Source: an uncultured virus (IMG/VR IMGVR_UViG_3300032219_000873)
Lineage: Duplodnaviria; Heunggongvirae; Uroviricota; Caudoviricetes
Strand: one strand, 5' to 3'
Length of the DNA stretch: 20,000 nt
IMG/VR virus record: IMGVR_UViG_3300032219_000873
Shown here: positions 8,134-16,023 of the stretch, piece after piece
How positions within the stretch are numbered: the first letter of the stretch is position 1
How the letters are laid out: the number at the start of each line of letters is the position of its first letter
Made by a program: the position numbers and the translations under genes
The notes under the pieces: model-generated
Databases searched by the model: none
The model's input: only the letters and a program-made list of their open reading frames with translations
Told to the model about the DNA's origin: nothing

Positions 8134-10137
8134 ATGAACATCATTACAACACTTGAGCAGCTGGACGAATTTGTCGCTGCATACTCTAAGGTCGACGGGT
8201 TTGCGTTTGACGTAGAGACAATCGGAGAGCACCGAATTCTTCCCGTCATTAACGACGTGGCATGGATTGCATTTGCTACTGACGGACGTGTAGACGTCAT
8301 TCCTATGGGCCACCCTAACGGTGACTTTCAGTTTCACACCAAGCCATTACTTAAAGCTGGTCAGGCACAAATTGCTAAAGGTAAGCCTTTGACCGACGCA
8401 CACTTTTCAAAGAACAAGGTGCACTGGAAGCCACAGTTCAGCGAACCACCAGTTCAGCTACTTCCTGGGCAGGTGTTCAAAGCTATTGAGCCTTTAATGT
8501 TTGGTCCGCAGTTAAAGGTTGGGCACAACCTTAAGTTTGACTTGAAGTCCATTGCAAAGTATTACAGGAAGCGAGTTCCTCTAAAGCCCTACTTTGATAC
8601 TTTGATGGCAAGCTTCCTAATCAACAACCTCAACCGTTTTGACCTCAGCTTACAGGCTTGTGTGAAGCGTGAGCTAGGCATTGAGATTGTCAAGGGTGTA
8701 GGTGAGGACATTTCTCAGCACTCTTTTGACGACGTAGCTAAATACGCTGCGATTGACGCCGATGTTACTTGGAAGCTTTACCGTGCGTTAGAGCCAAAGA
8801 TTACTGGCGCATTACAGCAAGTATGGAAGCTAGAGATGGACGTTCTCCGCTCTCTATGTGATATGGAGCTGACAGGTGCTTACATTGACCAAGAGCAGCT
8901 AGACAACTTAGCTGAGCAGATTAGTGAAGACTTGGAGAAGGCCAAAGCCAAAGCATTTGCAATTGCTGGTGAGCCTTTTGCCATTAACTCTGTTCAGGTT
9001 AAGCAGCGCCTATTGTTTGCCCCAGACCCTGTAACTCAGAAGCCACGCATTAAGCCAAACCCAAAGGTAAAAGTAACGTTTACTCCTAAGGGCCGTGAGA
9101 TGTTCAACTCTGGAAAAGACGTTGACCACACAGCCTTCTCTGTATCTGCAGATGCGCTGGAGTTCTACCGTGGTAAAGACCCTCTGGTAGATACTTTGCT
9201 AGAGTACCAAGACTTGAACAAGCTCATGACTACTTATGTAACACCGTATAAAGGTGGAGAAGTAGAGCGTGAGACCAACGGTAAGAAGAAGATTATTCAG
9301 AAGTCTTCTCTACTTATCAACGGACGAGTCCACACCAACTTCAAGGCACACGGTGCTGAGACAGGGCGATTCTCTTCGTCAGAGCCGAACCTTCAGAACA
9401 TTCCGTCTTCTGGTGACTACGGAAAGTTAGTTCGTAACCTATTTATTGCGCCTCCAGGACATAAGCTGGTTGTTGCTGACTACTCTCAGATTGAACCCCG
9501 TGTGATTGCGTCCTTCTCTAATGACCCAGTTATGGTGGAGAACTACCGTACAGGTGGAGACATTTATACTGCAATTGGTAAAACTATGGGAGTAGACCGC
9601 AAAGCAGGCAAGGTTCTTGTATTAGCTATATCTTATGGTGTAGGGCCTGACAAGATTGCTGCCAGCATTGGCTGTACTCTCAAGGAAGCCAAAGACCTCC
9701 TAGCTAACTTTGAGAAGAAGTTCTCCTCAATTGACAAGTACAAGGCTAAGGTCGTTCGCCTTGCAAAGCAGCAGGCTCCAATCCCTTACGTAGAAACATT
9801 GTTTGGTCGCCGCCGTTACATCCCAGACTTAAAGAGCAGAGAGAATGGTCTGCTATCTCGTGCAGAGCGTCAGGCATTCAACACGGTTATTCAGGGGTCA
9901 GCTGCCGACATCATGAAACTCGCCTTAGTGCGTGCCCACTCGTGCTTTGTAGATGAGCCTAATATAAACTTGATTCTAACTGTGCATGACGAACTTGTGA
10001 CCATCACTCCAGAAGATAGGGCAGAGGAAACAGCAGAAGCTATCCGCAAGTCTATGGAAGGAATTAAGTTGGGAGCTATTACAGTGCCGTTAGTAGCAGA
10101 CGTAAAAATCGTAGACAAGTGGGGCGAAGCTAAGTGA
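8134..10137 (+). CDS. polA: Family A DNA polymerase with 3'-5' exonuclease and no 5'-3' exonuclease domain
   Basis: ExoI FDVET, ExoII HNLKFD, ExoIII YAAIDA; TGRFSSSEPNLQNIP; motif A ADYSQIE; motif B RKAGKVLVLAISYG; RQAFNTVIQGSAADIMK; motif C TVHDE. Confidence 0.96.
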   Translation: MNIITTLEQLDEFVAAYSKVDGFAFDVETIGEHRILPVINDVAWIAFATDGRVDVIPMGHPNGDFQFHTKPLLKAGQAQIAKGKPLTDAHFSKNKVHWKPQFSEPPVQLLPGQVFKAIEPLMFGPQLKVGHNLKFDLKSIAKYYRKRVPLKPYFDTLMASFLINNLNRFDLSLQACVKRELGIEIVKGVGEDISQHSFDDVAKYAAIDADVTWKLYRALEPKITGALQQVWKLEMDVLRSLCDMELTGAYIDQEQLDNLAEQISEDLEKAKAKAFAIAGEPFAINSVQVKQRLLFAPDPVTQKPRIKPNPKVKVTFTPKGREMFNSGKDVDHTAFSVSADALEFYRGKDPLVDTLLEYQDLNKLMTTYVTPYKGGEVERETNGKKKIIQKSSLLINGRVHTNFKAHGAETGRFSSSEPNLQNIPSSGDYGKLVRNLFIAPPGHKLVVADYSQIEPRVIASFSNDPVMVENYRTGGDIYTAIGKTMGVDRKAGKVLVLAISYGVGPDKIAASIGCTLKEAKDLLANFEKKFSSIDKYKAKVVRLAKQQAPIPYVETLFGRRRYIPDLKSRENGLLSRAERQAFNTVIQGSAADIMKLALVRAHSCFVDEPNINLILTVHDELVTITPEDRAEETAEAIRKSMEGIKLGAITVPLVADVKIVDKWGEAK

Positions 10138-10544
10138 GACTATTCAAGAAACCTAAGGCTGACCTTACTATGGCTGAGATTAGTACCCGCATGCGAGGCT
10201 TCCTGCTTGACTCCCAGATAAACAATGCCCATGAGATTAGTCTCATTCTTGGCTGCGCTGCTGAGAGTGACGAGCTTATGGAGAAAGAAGAAGAGGAGAG
10301 CGAAAAGCGTCTAGAGCGTATCTCTCACCTTATTCCACTGTTGTATGCCCACGCTCAATCGTTGTCTCAAGGAGCTGTGGAATATCAACGCTCAAACCTG
10401 CCAACCTCTATGGGAAAACTCCCAGATACTGTATGGTGGGATAGTAGAAAATTATTAGAACAAGTTTCAGTGGCAGCTCTCCTGGGAGCAATCTCTCAGC
10501 TTGTTGACATGGGACTACTAGAGATACCAAAGAGGTACAAGTGA
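10134..10544 (+). CDS. Hypothetical protein
   Basis: 136-aa ORF with GTGA overlaps with both polA and the next gene. Confidence 0.7.
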   Translation: MRLFKKPKADLTMAEISTRMRGFLLDSQINNAHEISLILGCAAESDELMEKEEEESEKRLERISHLIPLLYAHAQSLSQGAVEYQRSNLPTSMGKLPDTVWWDSRKLLEQVSVAALLGAISQLVDMGLLEIPKRYK

Positions 10545-10918
10545 CTAATTCAGACTGGTGGGCAAAGAAACTCCAAGAACAACAGCCCACTCCACCCCCA
10601 GCGAGGACTCAGAGCATCCCTCAAGCACCCTCTCAGGTGCCAATGACTGCTTATCAGGCCCCAGTACCTCAGCAGCCTACTGTGAAGGCTCAGAGCGCCT
10701 TACAGACCACTATGTGCCCTGACTGTGGTTCTGACAAGTACTTTGGTTTTAACGGCTCCAAACCACGTTGTTACGAATGTGGCTATCCTATGGAGCAATC
10801 AGGCAGTAAATACGGCTCCTTGACAGGGGCACAAGTGGTGGGCGACACTAAGGGCGCTCGTGGAAATGATGCAACAAACAACTACAACCCGCAAGGGATT
10901 ATTGGGAGGGTCAACTAA
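10541..10918 (+). CDS. Hypothetical protein with Pro/Gln-rich N-terminus and zinc ribbon
   Basis: CPDC...CYEC Cys pairs after a PQ-rich linker. Translationally coupled to its neighbours. Confidence 0.7.
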   Translation: MTNSDWWAKKLQEQQPTPPPARTQSIPQAPSQVPMTAYQAPVPQQPTVKAQSALQTTMCPDCGSDKYFGFNGSKPRCYECGYPMEQSGSKYGSLTGAQVVGDTKGARGNDATNNYNPQGIIGRVN

Positions 10919-11097
10919 TGGAAATACTAACACCACAAATTCCGCTAGAAATAGCCGCAGAGCACTATCGTGATGGCATGATGCGGGGTAAAAACGCGGG
11001 TATAGCTGAAGAACAGTTACGCATCTTGGCGTTACTTAAGCGCAAGGGTATGTACGACGCTGTACTCGCTATCAAGACTGAATCTAGGAGCTCTTAA
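10918..11097 (+). CDS. Small hypothetical protein (59 aa, absent from the ORF track)
   Basis: Translates as MEILTPQIPLEIAAEHYRDGMMRGKNAGIAEEQLRILALLKRKGMYDAVLAIKTESRSS*. TAATG overlaps at both ends and GGGAGG RBS upstream. Confidence 0.75.
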   Translation: MEILTPQIPLEIAAEHYRDGMMRGKNAGIAEEQLRILALLKRKGMYDAVLAIKTESRSS

Positions 11098-11279
11098 TGG
11101 AACTTACTGACCTATTTAAAGAAGACCTAAGAAACCACTTTGATGACGGGTATGCGCTAGGGAGAGAAGATGAGCGAGCTCGTTGCATGACAATGGTCAA
11201 GTTAGACATGATGCTGTCAGAAGAAATTAAGCAACGTGTACTAGACCTATTAAGAGGAGGAAAAGAAAATAATGATTAA
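11097..11279 (+). CDS. Small hypothetical protein
   Basis: 60-aa ORF with AGGAG RBS and TAATG coupling. Overlaps the recA start. Confidence 0.7.
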   Translation: MELTDLFKEDLRNHFDDGYALGREDERARCMTMVKLDMMLSEEIKQRVLDLLRGGKENND

Positions 11280-12318
11280 TCCAGAAGCCATGAAAATCAT
11301 GGCACAAATTAATAAGCGCTTTGGTGAGAACACCGTAGTGATTGGCGAGAACATTCGCACAGACTTGATTCAGAGAATTACTACAGGCTCTACTACCTTT
11401 GACTACGTTCTAGGTGGAGGGTTTCCTGCAAACCAGTGGAACGAACTTATCGGTGAGCCATCTCACGGTAAGACTGCTATCGCTCTAAAGACTATCGCTG
11501 CTAACCAAGCTGTAAACCCAACCCACACAACTGTATGGGTTGCTGCTGAGCAGTGGGTTCCAGAGTACGCCGAGATGTGTGGAGTAGACACTAGTCGTGT
11601 GATTGTGGTTGAGACCAACATTATGGAGCAGGCTTACGACACTGTTATTGCTTTTGCAGAGTCAAAGTCTGTGGACGCTATTGTTATCGACTCTTTGCCA
11701 GCGCTTTCCCCTGCTCCTGAGATGGAGAAGACCATGGACGAAATGACTGTGGGTAGAGGAGCTTTGCTGACTAATAAGTTCTTCCGTGTTGTGGGTTCTG
11801 CAATGAAGCGTTCTTTAGTAGAAGACGAGCGCCCTATTCTAGGTCTGGTTATTAACCAGTACCGAATGAAGATTGGTGTAATGCACGGAGACCCTCGCAC
11901 CACTCCTGGTGGTGAAGGAAAGAATTACGCGTTCTTTACTCGTTCAGAAGTACGCCGCGATGAGTGGATTGAAGAAGGCTCAGGAACCAACAAGGTCCGT
12001 GTAGGCCAGCGTGTAAAGATTCGTACTATTAAAAACAAAACTGCGCCACCACAGCGCGTGGCCTACGTTGACTTTTACTTCCAAGACTCTGGCATCTACT
12101 CAGCAGGTGACTTCGACTTTGCTAAAGAGGTTGCTGCAATGGCAATCGTAAAGCAAGTTGTCGACCGCAGGGGCGGATGGATTTATTATGGTGAGCGTAA
12201 GTGGCAGGGACAAGACTCATTTGTTGCCTCACTGCGTGAAGAGGTTGACTTAGTAGACGAACTTCGTGCTAAGGTATTGACAACGCCTGATTCATTTGTA
12301 GGAGGAGGAGATGGCTAA
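11272..12318 (+). CDS. recA: RecA-like recombinase
   Basis: ITTGSTTFDYVLGGGFP, Walker A GEPSHGKT, Walker B IVIDS, INQYRMKIGVMHGDPRTTPGG and IKNKTAPP all match RecA signatures. Confidence 0.95.
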   Translation: MINPEAMKIMAQINKRFGENTVVIGENIRTDLIQRITTGSTTFDYVLGGGFPANQWNELIGEPSHGKTAIALKTIAANQAVNPTHTTVWVAAEQWVPEYAEMCGVDTSRVIVVETNIMEQAYDTVIAFAESKSVDAIVIDSLPALSPAPEMEKTMDEMTVGRGALLTNKFFRVVGSAMKRSLVEDERPILGLVINQYRMKIGVMHGDPRTTPGGEGKNYAFFTRSEVRRDEWIEEGSGTNKVRVGQRVKIRTIKNKTAPPQRVAYVDFYFQDSGIYSAGDFDFAKEVAAMAIVKQVVDRRGGWIYYGERKWQGQDSFVASLREEVDLVDELRAKVLTTPDSFVGGGDG

Positions 12319-12526
12319 GATGAATGAACTATCCATAGCTGAGCAAGAGGCTTTATACGAAGAGTATGTAGAGTCTCAGCGTGAAGAGCTTCGTAAGGAA
12401 GGCGCAGAAGAACTGCGTATTGAAATCCTTCGTGAACTAGAGGTTCAAAAGGGTAGGGCTGTTACTAGCCCACAAGCCTTTGGACTCCAAGTTGCCATGG
12501 TTGTAGTGGAGAAAGCTACACGGTAA
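12311..12526 (+). CDS. Small hypothetical protein
   Basis: 71-aa Glu-rich helical ORF with AGGAGGAGG RBS, coupled to its neighbours. Confidence 0.7.
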   Translation: MAKMNELSIAEQEALYEEYVESQREELRKEGAEELRIEILRELEVQKGRAVTSPQAFGLQVAMVVVEKATR

Positions 12527-12840
12527 TGAGGTCCGAAGGCCAGAAGGAATCCCGCAAGCACGAGAATCGTTTAGCAAAAGCTATTGATGGTTCCCGTACT
12601 GCGGCTTCTGGAGCGTTCTGGTCACGCAAAGGCGATGTGAGGTCAGAAGAGTTGTTGATTGAGCACAAGTGGACGGGCAAGAAGTCCAAGACAATTCAAT
12701 CAGCAGAACTCAAAAAGATAACGACTGAGGCAATCATGGATGGGCGTATGCCTGTATTTGGAATGCACTTGGACGGGGAGGACTACGTAGTTATGTTAGA
12801 GACCGACCTGTTGGAGCTAGTGCAGAAACTTGATAATTAA
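12526..12840 (+). CDS. PD-(D/E)XK nuclease, Hjc-like Holliday junction resolvase
   Basis: N-terminal HENRLAK helix, SGA loop and KGDV...LIEHK catalytic motif. About 100 aa, as for Hjc-type resolvases. Confidence 0.7.
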   Translation: MRSEGQKESRKHENRLAKAIDGSRTAASGAFWSRKGDVRSEELLIEHKWTGKKSKTIQSAELKKITTEAIMDGRMPVFGMHLDGEDYVVMLETDLLELVQKLDN

Positions 12841-13171
12841 CGAGCCTTACCGTTTAAGTACGGAGTGGAGAGCAGAAGCACGATGCGCCGATGCAGATAC
12901 TGAAATCTTCTATCCACCACGTGATAAAGATTTATACAACAAAATAGCAGCCTCAGCCAAAGAGTACTGTAACGGTCCTAAGGGGAACAATCCTTGTCCT
13001 GTTAGAGCGCACTGTCTTTGGGAAGCTGTAATAACTGAAGAGCAGCACGGCATCTGGGGGGGACTATCTCACAGAGAACGAAACGCCTTGGTACGAAAGT
13101 ATCAAAAGGAATACAGGCATAAGATGTCGTTAAATGACTTCATCTTCAAAGAACGGGAGAGGGCAGTATGA
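12830..13171 (+). CDS. whiB: WhiB-family Fe-S transcription factor
   Basis: WRAEARC...IFYP, four Cys (C..C..CPVRAHC), HGIWGGLSHRER turn motif. Confidence 0.92.
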   Translation: MIINEPYRLSTEWRAEARCADADTEIFYPPRDKDLYNKIAASAKEYCNGPKGNNPCPVRAHCLWEAVITEEQHGIWGGLSHRERNALVRKYQKEYRHKMSLNDFIFKERERAV

Positions 13172-14010
13172 GTGTAGTAAAGTCAGACCTAAAGAAATTC
13201 TTGGACGCAACAAAGCAGAAGCACCGTCTTGTGGGGCACATTGAGCGTCACTTGTTATCAAGACCTGCGGGAGACCGTCGTACAGACGTGTTACACCCTT
13301 CTGAGATTATCAAGAAGGATTGGTGCCTACGTGCTTCTTACTTCCTTCTGAGAGGTCACAAGAAGATTCAAGAGAAGCCAAACCTACGTCTGCAGTCTAT
13401 CTTTGACGAGGGGCACGCTATCCACGCTAAGTGGCAGAACTGGTTCTACGAAATGGGCAACTTGCACGGTAAGTTTAAGTGCCTAGCCTGCGGTCAGATT
13501 ACTTGGGGCACTTCTCCTAGCAACTGTGAGCACTGCAACCACAGCGACTTAGAATACGACGAAGTAACTTTGGTGGACGAAGACCTACGTATTGCAGGTC
13601 ACACTGATGGTTGGATTAAGGGAATTGGCGACGACTGTCTGATTGAGATTAAGTCAATTGGTCCAGGAACAATTCGTTCTGAAGCTCCAGACTTGTTTGA
13701 GGCAGGGCAGGACTTCATGGCTGCATGGAGAAACGTGCGCCGACCATTCCGCTCTCACTTGCTACAGGGCCAGATGTACCTAGAGCTGATGAAGCGCATG
13801 GGTCACGAGGTAAATGAGGTTGTGTTCTTGTACGAGCTAAAGGCAGACCAAGACTACAAAGAGTTTCCTATTAAAGCCGACTATGAGTTGGTGAAACACA
13901 TCTTTGAAAAAGCTGAGAAGGTTGTAAACTCTGTAGAAGAAGGTGTTGCACCACGTTGCAACAACAACGTAGGCGGGACTTGCAAGCAGTGCGAGGGATA
14001 CGAGGAGTAA
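13168..14010 (+). CDS. Cas4-like / RecB-family PD-(D/E)XK exonuclease
   Basis: HPSE...WCLR, GHAIH, GHTDG...IEIKS, QGQMY. One N-terminal Cys plus three C-terminal Cys (Fe-S-like), with an extra CxxC-CxxC insert. Confidence 0.8.
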   Translation: MSVVKSDLKKFLDATKQKHRLVGHIERHLLSRPAGDRRTDVLHPSEIIKKDWCLRASYFLLRGHKKIQEKPNLRLQSIFDEGHAIHAKWQNWFYEMGNLHGKFKCLACGQITWGTSPSNCEHCNHSDLEYDEVTLVDEDLRIAGHTDGWIKGIGDDCLIEIKSIGPGTIRSEAPDLFEAGQDFMAAWRNVRRPFRSHLLQGQMYLELMKRMGHEVNEVVFLYELKADQDYKEFPIKADYELVKHIFEKAEKVVNSVEEGVAPRCNNNVGGTCKQCEGYEE

Positions 14011-14475
14011 ATGTCAGACGCAGTCTCTAAATTACAGGAGCTTGGGCTAAGCATCAGCCGTCCAACCATGGACGTAGGGTCACTGCCAAGCGACATTACC
14101 ACCCTATCTAGTGAGCAGCTAGGAGAGAAGTTCACTATCCTTACCGCATGGGCAGACTATGCGGCCACTCAGCTTGCAGTTGCCCAGATTGAAGAGCGTT
14201 CTGCTCAGCGTAAGTTAGACCTTTTAGAGAACACCCTATTAGTCCGTAAAATGGGCACTGCTGTTAAAGGCGAGCGCATTACTTTGGTCAAAGCACAGAT
14301 TGCTACTGACCAAGACGTTCTGGACTTAGCTCAAGATTACGAAGATAAATACGCCTACAGAAAGCTAGTAGAGATGATGTTGTCTAACTATGAGAGAGAT
14401 ATTGCCCTTGTTAGCAGAGAACTAACTAGAAGGTCAAATGATTTGAGGTCAACTAGAAAAGAATGGTCTCTATAA
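14011..14475 (+). CDS. Hypothetical helical protein (possibly UvsY-like recombination mediator)
   Basis: 154-aa coiled-coil-like ORF with GAGGAG RBS in the recombination cluster. The function is contextual inference only. Confidence 0.65.
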   Translation: MSDAVSKLQELGLSISRPTMDVGSLPSDITTLSSEQLGEKFTILTAWADYAATQLAVAQIEERSAQRKLDLLENTLLVRKMGTAVKGERITLVKAQIATDQDVLDLAQDYEDKYAYRKLVEMMLSNYERDIALVSRELTRRSNDLRSTRKEWSL

Positions 14476-14516
14476 TGAGTATCTTATTGTCCAAATCTAG
14501 TCCTAGGAGACCCCGA

Positions 14517-14801
14517 ATGCAGGTTACTGTATACACCACGCCAACATGCCCACAGTGCGACATGACCAAGAAAACCCTGACTAGAGGCGGTGTTCAGTTC
14601 AACGTCGTAGACCTATCTACTGACGAAGCAGCTATGAAGTACGTGACTACCGAGCTAGGGTACAACGCAGCTCCTGTTGTGGTGGCAGGAACCCAGCACT
14701 GGTCGGGATTCCGTTACGGCGCAATTCAGAACTTAGTTAAAGCTATTCACAGCGATGACGCTAAAGCTCGCATGGCATACAAAGCCCCTGTAGCAGCGTA
14801 A
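14517..14801 (+). CDS. nrdH: NrdH-like glutaredoxin
   Basis: VTVYTTPTCPQCDMTKK, LGYNAAPVV and HWSGFR are NrdH-redoxin signatures. Start moved to ATG 14517 after AGGAGA (14505-14510). Confidence 0.92.
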   Translation: MQVTVYTTPTCPQCDMTKKTLTRGGVQFNVVDLSTDEAAMKYVTTELGYNAAPVVVAGTQHWSGFRYGAIQNLVKAIHSDDAKARMAYKAPVAA

Positions 14802-14819
14802 ATCAAATAGGAGGGCACT

Positions 14820-15368
14820 ATTAAAACTTGGGTATACTCGCTCACTCCTCAAGAGGAGGCTATTGCAGCGCAAGTCGGTTGGGAACGCCAACTCCCCATG
14901 CTGGGCCAGCCAGAGCGTAACCGTAACTACTCCGAAGGCGACATTTGGGAAGCGTGGCAACACATGATTGCTGCTGCTTCTGAGCTTGCCGCTGCCCGTA
15001 TGTTTGGGCTAACCGACTTTGTTCCACATGTTAACACCTTTAAAAACAAGCTAGACATTCCTGGCTATGAAATCAGGTACTCCTTCACAAAGCAAGACCC
15101 AAACCTACCTAAGTTTGCGCTCAGATATAAAGAAGGCGTAGATGACCCAGACCAAATCTACATTTTGATTGTTGGTGGTCCAGAGCAGAAATCCAGAAGA
15201 AGTGCCAGCGAAGATTACCGCACTCCTCCTTTTAGAGCAGTGGGCTGGGCCTATGGGCGAGAGTGTATACAAGACAATTACAAAGCGCCTTATGGAGTTA
15301 ACAACTACAGTGTTCCTATAACTGGATTGAATGAGATGTCGAAATTGCCAGAGGTAGCTCGTGTCTGA
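14820..15368 (+). CDS. Hypothetical protein, probably initiated at a non-canonical ATT codon
   Basis: The frame is open from an in-frame TAG at 14808-14810. AGGAGG (14809-14814) lies 5 nt before in-frame ATT at 14820. The first ATG (14898) has no SD. Confidence 0.65.
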   Translation: MKTWVYSLTPQEEAIAAQVGWERQLPMLGQPERNRNYSEGDIWEAWQHMIAAASELAAARMFGLTDFVPHVNTFKNKLDIPGYEIRYSFTKQDPNLPKFALRYKEGVDDPDQIYILIVGGPEQKSRRSASEDYRTPPFRAVGWAYGRECIQDNYKAPYGVNNYSVPITGLNEMSKLPEVARV

Positions 15369-15960
15369 GAAAGTGTTTGATGGCGGATTGCTCCCAGGAA
15401 AAGTTGCGCTAGGTATTGACCAGTCGTTAACTGGGTTTGCCATGACCGCCTTAAACGTTGACAGGCCAGAGTGTTATGAGACGTGGGTATACAAATCAGA
15501 GCACAGAGGCATCCGCAGGTTAGCAGACATCCGCTGGTGGATGGAAAACAAATTTGATTTCTTAGACTCAAATCAGCACAGGATAGAACAACTTGCTATG
15601 GAAACTCCTGTAATGGCGAGCCCTTCAACTTTGCCCCTGGCCCAACTAGCTGGGGTAGTAAGGCTGTCTATTTGGGAGTACTTTGACGGAAACATGAACT
15701 CAGTGATTCCTTTTGAAGAGCACCTTCGTAGACCTTACCTGATTCCTCCGATGACACTAAAGAAGTACGCTGCAGGTAAAGGCAACGCTAAAAAGCAAGA
15801 AGTCCTATTACAGATTTATAAGCGCTGGAACGTAGAGTTCAATGATGACAACGCTGCTGACTCGTATGCCTTGGCCAGACTAGCCGCTGGAATAGCCTCA
15901 GATGCCGTAGAAAAAGCAGTTGTAGAGCAAATAAAAGACCCTAAATACAAGGACAACTAA
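15361..15960 (+). CDS. ruvC: RuvC-like Holliday junction resolvase (RNase H fold)
   Basis: LGIDQSLTGFA, LAMET, LKKYAAGKGNAKKQEV and DDNAADSYALA supply the RuvC acidic residues and the GxGxAxK motif. Confidence 0.88.
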   Translation: MSEKVFDGGLLPGKVALGIDQSLTGFAMTALNVDRPECYETWVYKSEHRGIRRLADIRWWMENKFDFLDSNQHRIEQLAMETPVMASPSTLPLAQLAGVVRLSIWEYFDGNMNSVIPFEEHLRRPYLIPPMTLKKYAAGKGNAKKQEVLLQIYKRWNVEFNDDNAADSYALARLAAGIASDAVEKAVVEQIKDPKYKDN

Positions 15961-16023
15961 GAACTTATCTGTCACCATTGTTGTTGAGGACGGCGCACTA
16001 ATACGACAACGAAGGTACACAAA

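Noticed and set aside
2391..12318. Inteins or introns in DnaB, PolA or RecA
   Set aside because: Lengths (416, 667, 348 aa) and motif spacing are normal, with no intein or homing-endonuclease signatures.
13168..14010. CRISPR-Cas system suggested by the Cas4-like gene
   Set aside because: No repeat-spacer array and no cas1/cas2 or effector genes in the window. Solo Cas4-like nucleases are common in phages.
15361..15960. TnpB/Cas12-like or transposase RuvC
   Set aside because: Only 199 aa with a contiguous RuvC resolvase pattern, no zinc finger or REC/WED region, and no IS ends.
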